DNA of 63,829 nt, filler included, from 8 parts of 8 records of this genome joined end to end with filler, not necessarily neighbours in it; one strand, 5' to 3'; counted from the whole stretch's first letter, positions 19,979-31,881 are shown. Notes: a model not told the origin generated them from the letters alone. A program made the numbers and translations.

Positions 19979-20917
19979 GTGGACAATCTCAAAGACCTTT
20001 CGCCACTGGCCAAAGGCGATATTGAAATAGGCAAAGCGCTGCCATTCGCGATCTTTGATCGAAGCGGTGTGCTGCTGTTGGCGCAAGGTCAAGCCGTAAA
20101 CAGTCAAAGGCAGCTCGATGAGCTGGCCGCCAAGGGTCTGTATCACAATCCACGTTGGTCTTCGACCTTCGTGATCCAGCCAGGCAAAGCGCAGCTTGAC
20201 TCCACGTTTCTGCCCAGAATGTTGCCCGCCAAACAGGCTTTTGAAGACCCGTTTGAAACGGGTGCCCAGCTCAAAATGTTTGCACCCGGTCAGGCAAAAG
20301 ATCCATTTCATGTGCGCTTGATCGGCAGTATTCCTCAAGCGGCAGTGTTGGTAACCCACCCAATGCGCGATGGAAAGTGTGTGTTCGCCAAAGAAGGTCA
20401 AGTGTGGGAGTTTCAGGCCACGTATGGCCTTTCTATCTTTCGTTTCAGCTCGATGATTGAAAAGGTATTGCTGTCGCCGCACCCGCTATTGGTGTTGTCT
20501 TGGCCGCATGAAACGCATTTGGAGTCACAGGCTATTCGACGAGCGAAGCGTGTTGCCTGTGATCTACCAGCTACCGTCCGATTGAATTCGGGGGAGGCGG
20601 TTGCTGCATTTGAGCCCATTGCCGCAGTGATAGATAACCTGTCCACAGGGGGTTTGGAGCTTCTTTTTTCCAAGGAAGTTGCGCTGAAGATTGGTCAGCC
20701 TATTTTAGTGGCCTTCCAGATCATTTTAGACGACAGGAAATACCTGATTGAGTGCCAAGCCGATGTTGTGTCGAAATCCAAGGATTCGGGCCAGTCGGCT
20801 TCAGCCTATGGTTTGGCGTTGAAGTCGCTCAGCAATGATCAGTTCGCGGTAATTCATGCCTTCGTAAGTGACAGGCTGATTCATCGTTTGGGCCCGCAGC
20901 TATTTGCAAGGCCCTAG
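19979..20917 (+). CDS. YcgR-like flagellar brake / PilZ c-di-GMP-binding protein
   Basis: RRAKR (RxxxR) and NLSTGG (D/NxSxxG) PilZ motifs after a YcgR_N-like region. Confidence 0.75.
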   Translation: MDNLKDLSPLAKGDIEIGKALPFAIFDRSGVLLLAQGQAVNSQRQLDELAAKGLYHNPRWSSTFVIQPGKAQLDSTFLPRMLPAKQAFEDPFETGAQLKMFAPGQAKDPFHVRLIGSIPQAAVLVTHPMRDGKCVFAKEGQVWEFQATYGLSIFRFSSMIEKVLLSPHPLLVLSWPHETHLESQAIRRAKRVACDLPATVRLNSGEAVAAFEPIAAVIDNLSTGGLELLFSKEVALKIGQPILVAFQIILDDRKYLIECQADVVSKSKDSGQSASAYGLALKSLSNDQFAVIHAFVSDRLIHRLGPQLFARP

Positions 20918-20926
20918 ATTCGACGA

Positions 20927-22327
<1,401 letters not shown>

Positions 22328-22494
22328 TCAAAGCCTTGTATTGTAACCTGTCCCGCCCAAAACTGCTTGGACAGAGTGATGTCTGCGGTGGTATTTTGGA
22401 ATACTGCTTGTTCAATTTGTAAAACTGTTAGACACTTTCCGATCGTAAAAAACAAGACGCAATCTCATCCAGGATTGTATTTAGGAGAACTGTG

Positions 22495-23106
22495 ATGAAA
22501 CTAGTGGGATCCCTGACTAGCCCCTTCGTGCGCAAAATACGCGTTCAGCTTCAAGAAAAGGAAATTCCGTACGAATTCGTTCTGGAAAATGTGTGGGACG
22601 AAAACACCCGCATCGCCGACCACAACCCATTGGGCAAAGTGCCTTGCCTGATTCTTGACGGTGGCCAAACCGTGTTTGATTCATTGGTTATTTCCGGCAT
22701 GCTGGAATACATGATGCCAACAGTGCCGCTGCTTCCCACCAACCCCAATAACCGTGCTTTGGTGCGCACCATGGAATCGCTGGGGCAGGGTATGTGCCAG
22801 GCCACGGTGGATATTCTTCTGGAGAAACGTTTTCATGAAGGCGACAAAGTAAGTCAGCCCTGGATTGATCGCCAGACCCAGAAAATTCACAACGGTTTGG
22901 CCTGGGTATCGCATCGCGTTAAAACAACCCCGGGTTTTTACCTGACCGAGCAATTCAGCTTGGCCGATGTTACTGTGGGCTGCGCCTTGTTTTATCTTGA
23001 TTTCCGCATGCCTGAATTGAAGTGGCGCGAGCTGTACCCTGAATTGAATGAGTATTCCGAGCGCTTGGCTTGCCGGCCAAGTTTTGAGGACACCAAGCCA
23101 GAGTAA
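22495..23106 (+). CDS. glutathione S-transferase family protein
   Basis: SPFVRK, NPLGKVPCL, FDS, FSLAD. Confidence 0.88.
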   Translation: MKLVGSLTSPFVRKIRVQLQEKEIPYEFVLENVWDENTRIADHNPLGKVPCLILDGGQTVFDSLVISGMLEYMMPTVPLLPTNPNNRALVRTMESLGQGMCQATVDILLEKRFHEGDKVSQPWIDRQTQKIHNGLAWVSHRVKTTPGFYLTEQFSLADVTVGCALFYLDFRMPELKWRELYPELNEYSERLACRPSFEDTKPE

Positions 23107-23133
23107 GCAGGCTTGGTAATTCAGGATTGAAAG

Positions 23134-23164
23134 AAAAAAGCCCCGACTGGTTCGGGGCTTTTTT
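23134..23164. terminator. bidirectional intrinsic terminator
   Basis: AAAAAAGCCCCGA-CTGGT-TCGGGGCTTTTTT between convergent genes. Confidence 0.85.
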
Positions 23165-23174
23165 GTGCTGCGTT

Positions 23175-24242
23175 TCAGGCAATAACGCCGCCGCCCAGGC
23201 AAACCTCGCCTTGGTAAAGCACAGCACTTTGTCCGGGGGTTACCGCAAACTGGCTTTCTTCAAAGTTTAGCTCGAAGCCCTGTTCGGTTTGTTTGAAATC
23301 GCAGGCTGCGTCTTCTTGCCGGTAGCGTGCTTTGCAGCCCATGTGCGTTGACGTGGGGGCGTGGCCTGAAATGTAGTGCACCTGTTCAGCCTGCAAGGTT
23401 TTTTGGTGCAACCACGGGTGCTCGTGCCCCTGTACCACATACAGCGTGTTGTTTTTCAAATCCTTGCGGGCTACAAACCACGGTTCGCCATTGCCTTCCT
23501 TCTGGCCGCCGATGCCAATGCCCTTGCGCTGGCCCAAGGTGTAAAAGCTCAAGCCAACGTGTTCGCCGATTTGCTGGCCTTCGTCGTTCAGAATGGGGCC
23601 TGGCGCGGTGGGCAGGTAACGGTTCAAAAATTCGCGGAAAGGGCGCTCACCAATAAAGCAAATGCCAGTACTGTCTTTTTTGGTGGCGTTGGCCAGGCCC
23701 AGTTCAAGCGCAATTTTACGCACTTCGGTTTTTTGAATTTCGCCCAGCGGAAACAGGGTTTTGCTCAGCTGCGCCTGGTTTAGCCGGTGTAAAAAATACG
23801 ATTGGTCTTTGCTGTGGTCCACCGCTTTCAACAGCTGGAATTCGCTATTGACTTCGCGCACGCGGGCGTAGTGGCCGGTGGCGATATAATCGGCGCCCAG
23901 GCTGTAGGCGTGATCAAGAAATGCTTTGAACTTGATTTCGCTGTTGCACAGAATGTCGGGGTTCGGTGTTCGGCCGGCGGAATATTCTTCGAGAAATACC
24001 GAGAACACGCGGTCTTTGTATTCGCTTGCGAAGTTCACGGCTTCAATGTCCACGCCCACCACGTCGGCCACGCTGGCAGCGTCTAGCCAATCCTGGCGGC
24101 TCGAGCAGTATTCCGAGTCGTCATCGTCTTCCCAGTTTTTCATGAAAAGACCAATCACGTTGTAACCCTGCTGTTTAAGCAGCCATGCCGATACCGAGGA
24201 ATCCACCCCGCCCGACATGCCAATAACCACTGTTTTAGCCAT
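23175..24242 (-). CDS. mnmA: tRNA 2-thiouridylase
   Basis: [37 protein letters not shown]. Confidence 0.97.
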   Translation of the reverse strand: MAKTVVIGMSGGVDSSVSAWLLKQQGYNVIGLFMKNWEDDDDSEYCSSRQDWLDAASVADVVGVDIEAVNFASEYKDRVFSVFLEEYSAGRTPNPDILCNSEIKFKAFLDHAYSLGADYIATGHYARVREVNSEFQLLKAVDHSKDQSYFLHRLNQAQLSKTLFPLGEIQKTEVRKIALELGLANATKKDSTGICFIGERPFREFLNRYLPTAPGPILNDEGQQIGEHVGLSFYTLGQRKGIGIGGQKEGNGEPWFVARKDLKNNTLYVVQGHEHPWLHQKTLQAEQVHYISGHAPTSTHMGCKARYRQEDAACDFKQTEQGFELNFEESQFAVTPGQSAVLYQGEVCLGGGVIA

Positions 24243-24247
24243 AATAC

Positions 24248-24763
24248 TTACGATACGCCTGGCGGCAGCGGGCCAGCAAGCACGCTGGGGTGCGTGTACA
24301 CATGTTCAAGCGGCATGATGGGCTGTTTGCCCGCTTTCCAGTTCAGGAAGTCTTCCACGCAGCGCATTACCAATGGGCTGCGGTGCTGGTCTTGGGTGGC
24401 GCGCAGTTCTTCAACCGTCATCCACAGGGTGCGGATAATGCCGTTGTCCAGTGCGCGACCTTCATGGTGCTTCACCACTTCGGCGGCAAAGGCAAAACGC
24501 AGGTAGGTGACATCTTCCAGCGTACGCGAACTGGTGTAGCGGCTCATGTAAATGCCCAGCAAACCCACGGGTTTCACTTCCCAGGCTGATTCTTCCAGCG
24601 CTTCGCGGGCAGCACCAAACTGCGGCGTTTCACCTGGGTCCAGGTGGCCTGCGGGTTGGTTCAGCTTGATGCCATCGGTGGTGTGTTCTTCCACAATCAG
24701 GAACTTGCCCTGATGTTCAACAATGGCCGCTACGGTAACGCTGGGTTTCCAGACTTCTGACAT
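24248..24763 (-). CDS. nudJ: NUDIX hydrolase, NudJ-like
   Basis: [17 protein letters not shown]...A.RE..EE; conserved position upstream of mnmA. Confidence 0.8.
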   Translation of the reverse strand: MSEVWKPSVTVAAIVEHQGKFLIVEEHTTDGIKLNQPAGHLDPGETPQFGAAREALEESAWEVKPVGLLGIYMSRYTSSRTLEDVTYLRFAFAAEVVKHHEGRALDNGIIRTLWMTVEELRATQDQHRSPLVMRCVEDFLNWKAGKQPIMPLEHVYTHPSVLAGPLPPGVS

Positions 24764-24834
24764 GGCTTTCAATCGCACTATATAAACAAGGTGCGCCGAG
24801 GTTTGGGAGTTAAAAAAACACGTTAGAATAGCAG

Positions 24835-25016
24835 GGTTAAGGTGCTTGTGCTCATTTTTTGAGCGCAGTTAAACGGGAAGCAGGTTCAAGCCTGCGCTGC
24901 CCCCGCAACGGTACGTAAGTGCGGGTGAGTCATTTTGCCACTGGTAGTCACGCTTCAATACAGCGACTGGGAAGGCGATTCATCAAAACTTGCAAGCCCG
25001 GATACCGGCCTTGACC
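24835..25016 (+). ncRNA. cobalamin riboswitch
   Basis: AAACGGGAA, GCCCCCGCAACGGT, GCCACTG...GGGAAGGC, AGCCCGGATACC B12-box elements; GGTTAAGG/CCTTGACC closing stem. Confidence 0.9.
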
Positions 25017-25220
25017 GTTCAGCCTGTCCCATTCAGGCGAGCGACTGGTGCTGCGGGGATGCAGTGCGCAGGCGGCTAATTGCTTCTAATCGAACTTTTT
25101 TCCGTGACTTCTCCTGGCTTGTGGCCTAGGTTCTGTTGCGCGCATTGTTCTTTCGCCTGTTGTCTGTTTTCTCCAGTGAGTTTATTGCTGCGCGGTGGGT
25201 GCGGTTTACTGGAGTTCAAG

Positions 25221-27149
25221 GTGTTTATTCATTTCAAAAAATTACCAATTGTTTGTTTGCTGGCCGCTTTGTCTGCACAGGCCCAGGAAGAACTTGCGTT
25301 CTATGATTTGCCGCCGGTATTCGTGTCTGCGACAAAAACGGCTGTACTGGAGAAGGATCAGCCTTATTCAACAACAGTCATTACCGCAGACCAGATTCGT
25401 CAATCTGGTTACACCACAGTTCGGGATGTGTTGTCCAAACTGGCGTTGGTGAATGTGCGCACACCATTGGACGGAAGCCGTAGCGCATCTGTTGATTTGC
25501 GTGGTTTCGGTGAAACTGCATCGGCCAACGTGGTGTTTGTGGTGGATGGGGTGAAGCTGAATGACAACGAGGGTGTAACCCCACGTTATGGAAGCATTCC
25601 TGTTGGCAGTATTGAAACCATCGAGGTTATTCGTGGCGGAAGTTCTGTGGCTTATGGCAGTGGCGCCAGTGGCGGTGTGATCCGCATCACCACCAAAAAA
25701 GGACGTAGCCGTGAAGGTTTCGGAGGCGATGTACTGGCCTCTTATGGGTCTTATGACACCAAAGAACTGGGTGCCACTGTGTATGGTGGGGCCAACGGTT
25801 TCTCCTTGGTGTTCAATGGGTCAAAAGAATTCACGAATGGTTACCGTGACAACAGTGAGGCCAGCCGCGACTTGGGTAGTTTGACACTGGATTGGCGGGG
25901 TGATGTGTACAGTGCGGGCGCCTCTTTTTCCGCTGAGGGGTCCAAGTCCAGGTTTCCAGGTTCGTTGAATCGCGCACAGTTTGAGCAAAACCCGAAGCAA
26001 ACAAATAGTCCTAACGACTTTGGGTCGTTTGAACGAAACACCTTCCGGTTTTATGGTGCTGCTGATTATGGAAATTGGGGCACAGGTGTGCGCGTAAGCC
26101 GCCGCACTCACGAAGCGTTGGGTTCGTTCGATTTTGGCGGTGGCTTTGTATTCAATGCCCGTTCCGAATATGAGCAAGATCAAATCAGCCCTTACGTTAC
26201 CTTCACTGTGCCGCAAGGTGCTGGTGCACACGTCATTCGCGTGGGTTACGACCTTGAAAAAGCGGCGTTGCGGGGTTTCGATGCCGGGACGCTTGAATCG
26301 AATGCAATATTTATTGAAGACGACTGGACAGTGAATGACGTGCTGCGTGTAAATGCGGGTAGCCGCTACGAGCGCTCGGAGCAACAAAAGGCCAGTGGCC
26401 AAACGCGTGATTATTCCCTGGTGGCGCACCAACTAGGCGCATCCTGGAAAGCTGCAGAGAACCTGACCGTTTTTTCAAAAGTAGCTCGCAGTTTCCGGAT
26501 TCCCAACGCCAATGAAAATGGTTTTGCGGGAGTGGGTACCACGAGGGTGCCTTTTTTGAATCCTCAGGTAGCAGATGAAATCGAGGCGGGTCTGAAAACT
26601 GGCCTTTGGAGCGGGGAGTTCGACGCCACCATTTTTGTCATGGATGTGGAAAATGAACTGTTTTTTGATCCCACCATCAGGGATCCGGCACAGTTTATTA
26701 ATGGTTTGAATGCCAATCTGGACGAATTGCGCAGAAAAGGCGTTGAGTTGAAGTGGAATGGCAGTTTGCGCAAAGACCTTAGGATGATTGCCGCATATCA
26801 GTACCTGGATGCAGAGTTCAGATCGGGTTCACTCAGCGGCGGCAGGGTTCCTTTGGTGGCTGCGCACAACTTGAAGGTGGCCACTGAATATGACTGGACC
26901 CCACGCGTGTCCACTGAAGCGATTGTGAACATGCAATCGGATCAGTCGTCTACAGCAAATACTGATTTGCAGATCCCGGGCTTTGGCGTGCTTGACCTGA
27001 ATTGGCGCTACAGGGCCGACAACTACAGTGTTGTGTTCCAGGTTCAAAACGTTCTCGACAAGCAATACTACAGAACGCAGTTTGGCCCCAATGGCATTTA
27101 TCCAGAACTTGGCAGGGCTTTCTTCGTTAATCTGAATGCGGCTTTCTAA
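25221..27149 (+). CDS. btuB: TonB-dependent receptor, probable cobalamin transporter
   Basis: GGAG then GTG; signal peptide; plug motifs (DLRG, VDGV, IEVIRG..S..YG..A.GGVI); terminal Phe; downstream of a B12 riboswitch. Confidence 0.8.
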   Translation: MFIHFKKLPIVCLLAALSAQAQEELAFYDLPPVFVSATKTAVLEKDQPYSTTVITADQIRQSGYTTVRDVLSKLALVNVRTPLDGSRSASVDLRGFGETASANVVFVVDGVKLNDNEGVTPRYGSIPVGSIETIEVIRGGSSVAYGSGASGGVIRITTKKGRSREGFGGDVLASYGSYDTKELGATVYGGANGFSLVFNGSKEFTNGYRDNSEASRDLGSLTLDWRGDVYSAGASFSAEGSKSRFPGSLNRAQFEQNPKQTNSPNDFGSFERNTFRFYGAADYGNWGTGVRVSRRTHEALGSFDFGGGFVFNARSEYEQDQISPYVTFTVPQGAGAHVIRVGYDLEKAALRGFDAGTLESNAIFIEDDWTVNDVLRVNAGSRYERSEQQKASGQTRDYSLVAHQLGASWKAAENLTVFSKVARSFRIPNANENGFAGVGTTRVPFLNPQVADEIEAGLKTGLWSGEFDATIFVMDVENELFFDPTIRDPAQFINGLNANLDELRRKGVELKWNGSLRKDLRMIAAYQYLDAEFRSGSLSGGRVPLVAAHNLKVATEYDWTPRVSTEAIVNMQSDQSSTANTDLQIPGFGVLDLNWRYRADNYSVVFQVQNVLDKQYYRTQFGPNGIYPELGRAFFVNLNAAF

Positions 27150-27406
27150 GCGCCGCTGATTTTTAATTGAACTAGGGGTGGGCAGAACCACCCCTTCGCT
27201 TCTCACTATTCAAAATTGGTGTTTAGATCACGCACTCAATGCAGGGAATGCGGACGTAATTTAGATTGTGACATGGATAATTGTCAGATATCGGGTTGTG
27301 GTTATCCCTTAGATTGGGTGATACTACCGTGCTATAGTCCGCACCAGCAGTGTATTTGCAGTTCCTAAACATCAAATAAAAGCGCTTTCCCACAAGGAGA
27401 AGTTCC

Positions 27407-28534
27407 ATGAAAATCGGAATCCCGGCCGAAACGCGGTCCGGAGAAACGCGTGTAGCCGCTACACCTGAAACGGTGAAGAAGCTCATTTCTCAAAAACACG
27501 ACGTATTTGTTCAAGCCGGCGCCGGCATTTCCAGTTCGATCACCGACAAAGCCTATGAAGAAGTGGGCGCAAAAATTGTCGATCGTGCGATGGATGTGAT
27601 CGGTAGCTGCGACATGATCCTCAAGGTGCGTGCACCCGCTGAAAACGAGCTGTCTGCCTACCGCGCAGGCCAGGTCGTGGTTGGCATGCTGAACCCCTTT
27701 GACAATGCGGCGCTTGAAGCCATGAACAAGGCGGGCCTAACCGCCTTCGCACTGGAAGCAGCGCCACGCACCACGCGTGCGCAAAGCATGGATGTGCTGT
27801 CTTCACAGGCCAACATTGCTGGTTACAAGGCCGTGATGATTGCTGCCAATGTGTACCAGCGTTTCATGCCCATGTTGATGACCGCTGCGGGTACGGTTAA
27901 AGCCGCCCGTGTGCTGATTCTGGGCGTGGGTGTTGCCGGTTTGCAAGCCATTGCAACTGCCAAGCGTTTGGGTGCGGTCATTGAAGCATCTGATGTTCGC
28001 CCTGCCACGAAAGAACAGGTTGAATCGCTCGGTGCAAAATTTGTCGACGTGCCTTTTGAATCCGATGAAGAGCGCGAAATTGCTCAAGGTGTGGGGGGTT
28101 ATGCACGCCCCATGCCAGAAAGCTGGATGAAGCGCCAGGCTGCTGCTGTGCACGAAAAAGCGATCAAAAGCGACATCGTGATTACCACAGCATTGATTCC
28201 TGGCCGCAAGGCGCCAACGCTGTTGCACGAAGAAACCGTGCGCGCAATGAAGCCCGGTTCGGTGGTGATTGACCTGGCTGTGGAACAGGGTGGCAACTGC
28301 CCCTTCTCCCAGCTTAACGAGATTGTCGACGTGAATGGCGTGAAAATTGTGGGTTATGCAAACCTGGCTGCCATGGTGGCCGCAGATGCATCCGCACTTT
28401 ATGCACGCAACGTGATCGATTTCCTGAAACTTGTTTTCGATGGTGAAGGCGCTTTCAAGATCGACATGGAAGACGACATTGTTGCTGCGTGCCTGATGTG
28501 CACCGGTGGCGAACTCAAACGCAAAAACGCTTAA
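27407..28534 (+). CDS. pntA: NAD(P) transhydrogenase alpha subunit part 1
   Basis: [32 protein letters not shown]. Confidence 0.95.
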   Translation: MKIGIPAETRSGETRVAATPETVKKLISQKHDVFVQAGAGISSSITDKAYEEVGAKIVDRAMDVIGSCDMILKVRAPAENELSAYRAGQVVVGMLNPFDNAALEAMNKAGLTAFALEAAPRTTRAQSMDVLSSQANIAGYKAVMIAANVYQRFMPMLMTAAGTVKAARVLILGVGVAGLQAIATAKRLGAVIEASDVRPATKEQVESLGAKFVDVPFESDEEREIAQGVGGYARPMPESWMKRQAAAVHEKAIKSDIVITTALIPGRKAPTLLHEETVRAMKPGSVVIDLAVEQGGNCPFSQLNEIVDVNGVKIVGYANLAAMVAADASALYARNVIDFLKLVFDGEGAFKIDMEDDIVAACLMCTGGELKRKNA

Positions 28535-28547
28535 GGAAGGAGCCAAC

Positions 28548-28841
28548 ATGGACGCAATCAGCCCCACCGTGGTCAACCTGATTATTTTTGTACTAGCCAT
28601 CTACGTGGGTTACCACGTGGTCTGGAACGTAACACCCGCGCTGCACACCCCCTTGATGGCGGTGACCAACGCAATTTCCGCAATCGTGATTGTGGGTGCC
28701 ATGCTGGCAGCTGCGCTGACTGTAACGCCATTGGGCAAGTTCATGGGTGTGCTGGCCGTTGCGCTGGCTGCCGTGAATGTGTTTGGTGGCTTTTTAGTCA
28801 CCCGCCGCATGCTTGAAATGTTCAAGAAAAAGAACAAGTAA
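28548..28841 (+). CDS. NAD(P) transhydrogenase alpha subunit part 2
   Basis: [33 protein letters not shown]. Confidence 0.93.
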   Translation: MDAISPTVVNLIIFVLAIYVGYHVVWNVTPALHTPLMAVTNAISAIVIVGAMLAAALTVTPLGKFMGVLAVALAAVNVFGGFLVTRRMLEMFKKKNK

Positions 28842-28865
28842 CCCAACAGCGATCTGGAGAACCTT

Positions 28866-30311
28866 ATGCAAATTAGTTTCAATATGGTGACGCTGTTGTA
28901 TCTCGTGGCGTCAATCTGTTTCATTCAGGCCTTAAAGGGCCTTTCACACCCGACAACATCCCGTTTGGGCAACACCTTCGGCATGGTGGGTATGGCGATT
29001 GCGATCGCCACCACCATTGCACTTGTGTTCAAACTGGCTGAAATTGCCGGGCAGTCTGCGGTAACTGGCTTGGGCTGGGTGCTGGCTGGTTTGGTGGTCG
29101 GCGGTGGCTTGGGCACCATGATGGCCAAGCGCGTTGAAATGACGAAAATGCCGGAACTGGTGGCCTTCATGCACAGCATGATCGGTTTGGCCGCGGTGGC
29201 AATTGCGGTTGCTGCTGTTGCTGAACCCGATGCATTTGGTATCACGGCAAAAGGCACGTTCGATATTCCGCTGGGCAACAAAATTGAGTTGTTCATTGGT
29301 ACCTTCGTGGGTGCAATTACCTTTTCGGGCTCAGTGATTGCGTTCGGCAAGTTGAGTGGCAAGTACAAGTTCCGCCTGTTCCAGGGGGCGCCTGTGCGTT
29401 TCACCGGGCAGCATCAACTCAATGCCATTCTGGGTATTGTGATGATTGGCTGTGGCATCTGGTTTGCCATTACGCAAAGCTGGACACCGTTTGCCATCAT
29501 GACAATTGCCGCGTTCATTCTGGGCGTTACGCTGATTATTCCAATCGGCGGTGCAGACATGCCCGTGGTGGTGTCGATGTTGAACAGCTACTCAGGTTGG
29601 GCGGCAGCGGGCATTGGTTTTTCGCTGAACAACAGCATGTTGATCGTGGCAGGTTCGCTGGTGGGTTCATCGGGCGCCATTCTTAGCTACATTATGTGCA
29701 AGGCCATGAACCGTTCGTTCTTCAACGTGATTTTGGGTGGTTTTGGTGGCGAAGCCGACACAGGCGCAGCAGGCGATGGCAAGCAGCGCACGGTGAAAAG
29801 TGGTTCGTCTGATGACGTGGCTTTCTTGCTGACCAACGCTGAAACCGTGGTGATTGTGCCCGGTTACGGTTTGGCGGTGGCCCGTGCCCAGCATGCCTTG
29901 AAGGAACTGAGCGAGAAGCTGACCCACATGGGCGTGACCGTGAAGTATGCGATTCACCCTGTGGCAGGCCGCATGCCTGGTCACATGAACGTATTGCTGG
30001 CTGAAGCCGAGGTGCCTTACGATCAGGTGTTCGAGATGGAAGACATCAACAGCGAATTCGCGCAAACTGACGTGGTGTTGGTGTTGGGCGCGAACGACGT
30101 GGTGAACCCAGCGGCGAAAGACCCCAAGAGCCCAATCGCGGGCATGCCAATTCTGGAAGCTTACAAGGCCAAAACCATTATCGTGAACAAGCGCTCGATG
30201 AACGCTGGTTATGCCGGTTTGGACAACGAGCTGTTCTACATGGACAAAACCATGATGGTGTTTGGCGATGCCAAGAAAGTGATTGAAGACATGGTGAAAG
30301 CAGTCGGCTGA
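28866..30311 (+). CDS. pntB: NAD(P) transhydrogenase beta subunit
   Basis: IGGADMPVV, CKAMNRS, HPVAGRMPGHMNVLLAEA, GANDVVNP. Confidence 0.97.
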   Translation: MQISFNMVTLLYLVASICFIQALKGLSHPTTSRLGNTFGMVGMAIAIATTIALVFKLAEIAGQSAVTGLGWVLAGLVVGGGLGTMMAKRVEMTKMPELVAFMHSMIGLAAVAIAVAAVAEPDAFGITAKGTFDIPLGNKIELFIGTFVGAITFSGSVIAFGKLSGKYKFRLFQGAPVRFTGQHQLNAILGIVMIGCGIWFAITQSWTPFAIMTIAAFILGVTLIIPIGGADMPVVVSMLNSYSGWAAAGIGFSLNNSMLIVAGSLVGSSGAILSYIMCKAMNRSFFNVILGGFGGEADTGAAGDGKQRTVKSGSSDDVAFLLTNAETVVIVPGYGLAVARAQHALKELSEKLTHMGVTVKYAIHPVAGRMPGHMNVLLAEAEVPYDQVFEMEDINSEFAQTDVVLVLGANDVVNPAAKDPKSPIAGMPILEAYKAKTIIVNKRSMNAGYAGLDNELFYMDKTMMVFGDAKKVIEDMVKAVG

Positions 30312-30338
30312 TCAACGCCGATTTTACTGTTAGTCTGG

Positions 30339-30371
30339 AAAAGCCTCGTGAGCAATCGCGGGGCTTTTTTT
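30339..30371. terminator. bidirectional intrinsic terminator
   Basis: AAAAGCCTCGTGA-GCAA-TCGCGGGGCTTTTTTT. Confidence 0.8.
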
Positions 30372-30761
30372 CTAAACCCCGGCAACTTCCCGAATTCGCC
30401 GAGCAACCAATGCAGTGTGCTCCATTGGCAAAAAGTGTGTGGCATCTGCAATCACTTCAATTCGCGCTTTGGGCAGTCGCTTTTGAATGCGTGCATGTGC
30501 GGTCGAAGGAAACGTGGAGCCCTTGCCCGCTGCCAGAATGTGTATTGGGCAACCGGGGTCGCGAATCCAGCGTGCTGCATTGGGTTCTGTGTGCTGGAAG
30601 GTCAGCGATTCCCAGCTTGGTGGGCAAGCCAGTTCCACCTGATTGTTTTCAGTGGAAACGAAACCGAACTGCACATAGGCATTCAACCATTCGTCGCTCC
30701 ACGTGCTGAATGCCTTTTTGCTTCGGTAGTTTTCAAATGCCTCTTCAGGCGACGAAAAGCT
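30372..30761 (-). CDS. C-terminal part of an alpha/beta hydrolase, 5' truncated
   Basis: frame open from the contig edge (SFSSPEEAFENY...LACPPSWE...THFLPME). Confidence 0.7.
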   Translation of the reverse strand, partial: SFSSPEEAFENYRSKKAFSTWSDEWLNAYVQFGFVSTENNQVELACPPSWESLTFQHTEPNAARWIRDPGCPIHILAAGKGSTFPSTAHARIQKRLPKARIEVIADATHFLPMEHTALVARRIREVAGV

Positions 30762-30861
30762 NNNNNNNNNNNNNNNNNNNNNNNNNNNNNNNNNNNNNNN
30801 NNNNNTTAATTAATTAANNNNNNNNNNNNNNNNNNNNNNNNNNNNNNNNNNNNNNNNNNNN
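30762..30861. other. artificial contig spacer
   Basis: same linker. Confidence 0.99.
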
Positions 30862-30872
30862 CATGGTCAATC

Positions 30873-31286
30873 TCAACCACCCCTGACGCTGTCGAGATAG
30901 CGTCTCACCCGCATGATGTCGGTCAGTTCTCCGGCGAGCATGACATCGAGCGCCGGTGCCCCGCCGAAGGCTTCGTTCTCCCGCCGCACCCAGTCATAGG
31001 TCCGCTCGGCATCGGTGAAAATGATCCTGAGCGCCTTGTGAATGCCCATCAGGTTTGAAAGCCGGGCCTTGAGGTCGCGCGGGATGCGCCCGATATCGCC
31101 GCCTTTCCAGCGCGCCCAGGTGCGCGGCGACAGCCCTCCAAGCAGAACGCAAGCCTGGCTGTCGCTCACGCGCCAGCGGGCGAACAGATTGACCGTCGCC
31201 CGCGCCATGGCCTGACCTTCCGCCTCGGTAATCTCGGGGGCAGCACTCTGATACGCGGTTTTTTCGATCATCTTCAGGTGCGGCAT
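30873..31286 (-). CDS. Xre/MbcA/ParS-type antitoxin (partner of RES toxins)
   Basis: N-terminal HTH (LFARW...LLGGLSPRTWARWK), RLS.LMGIHKAL.IIF, W..R.N.AFGG..LD.M, VRRYLD.VRG. Confidence 0.85.
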   Translation of the reverse strand: MPHLKMIEKTAYQSAAPEITEAEGQAMARATVNLFARWRVSDSQACVLLGGLSPRTWARWKGGDIGRIPRDLKARLSNLMGIHKALRIIFTDAERTYDWVRRENEAFGGAPALDVMLAGELTDIMRVRRYLDSVRGG

Positions 31287-31302
31287 GGTCCAATCCCATA
31301 AT

Positions 31303-31343
31303 TGCCTTTTGGCATAAAATAGTAATTATTATGTCATATGGCA
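31303..31343. promoter_or_regulatory. two palindromic operator-like boxes upstream of the antitoxin
   Basis: TGCCTTTTGGCA (31303-31314) and TGTCATATGGCA (31332-31343) around an AT-rich spacer. Confidence 0.55.
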
Positions 31344-31435
31344 AATCTAACTAAGGCTCCTCGGCTTTTATTCCCAAAACCCTTGATCTCGCGCGCGCTT
31401 CTTCCGATCTTCGAGCCAAGACGCAAGGAAAGGTC

Positions 31436-31789
31436 ATGGCCTACAGGAAACCGATATTGCCGGGCACCAGCAGCAGGCCGCTGGATCCCGATCTGGACGC
31501 CCTGCAATACGAGATCATGCAGGAGACGGCGCAGGCGCTGGGGCGGATCGGGCGGCGGCTTGAGGAAGCGCTGGAGGCGCTCAGACGCCACGACGAGACG
31601 CCGGGTGCCAATCAGGATCGCGACGAACTGGTGCAGGCGGCGGCCGACTGTGCCTTCGCGCTGTTCATCCAGCGCGACTATCTGGGCCTTCGCACCGACC
31701 ATCATCTGAAATCGACCTATGACATCCCCCGGGAGGTGATGCTCAGGATCGGCGTGATGAAAAAGCGTGAGAAGGACGGCGGCGTTTGA
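31436..31789 (+). CDS. conserved alphaproteobacterial hypothetical (DUF6665-like)
   Basis: EI..E.A.ALGR.GR.LE..L, FIQR..GL, Y.IP.EV. Confidence 0.65.
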   Translation: MAYRKPILPGTSSRPLDPDLDALQYEIMQETAQALGRIGRRLEEALEALRRHDETPGANQDRDELVQAAADCAFALFIQRDYLGLRTDHHLKSTYDIPREVMLRIGVMKKREKDGGV

Positions 31790-31834
31790 ATATTGCAATC
31801 CCGTCGCTGGGGGGCAGGGGCATGCCGCCCAAAC

Positions 31835-31861
31835 AAAAACGCCCCGGTTATTGCCGGGGCG
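31835..31861 (-). terminator. intrinsic terminator
   Basis: CGCCCCGG/CCGGGGCG stem with a U-tract on the minus strand. Confidence 0.65.
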
Positions 31862-31881
31862 CTTGAGGACAGGGGGGTGTC

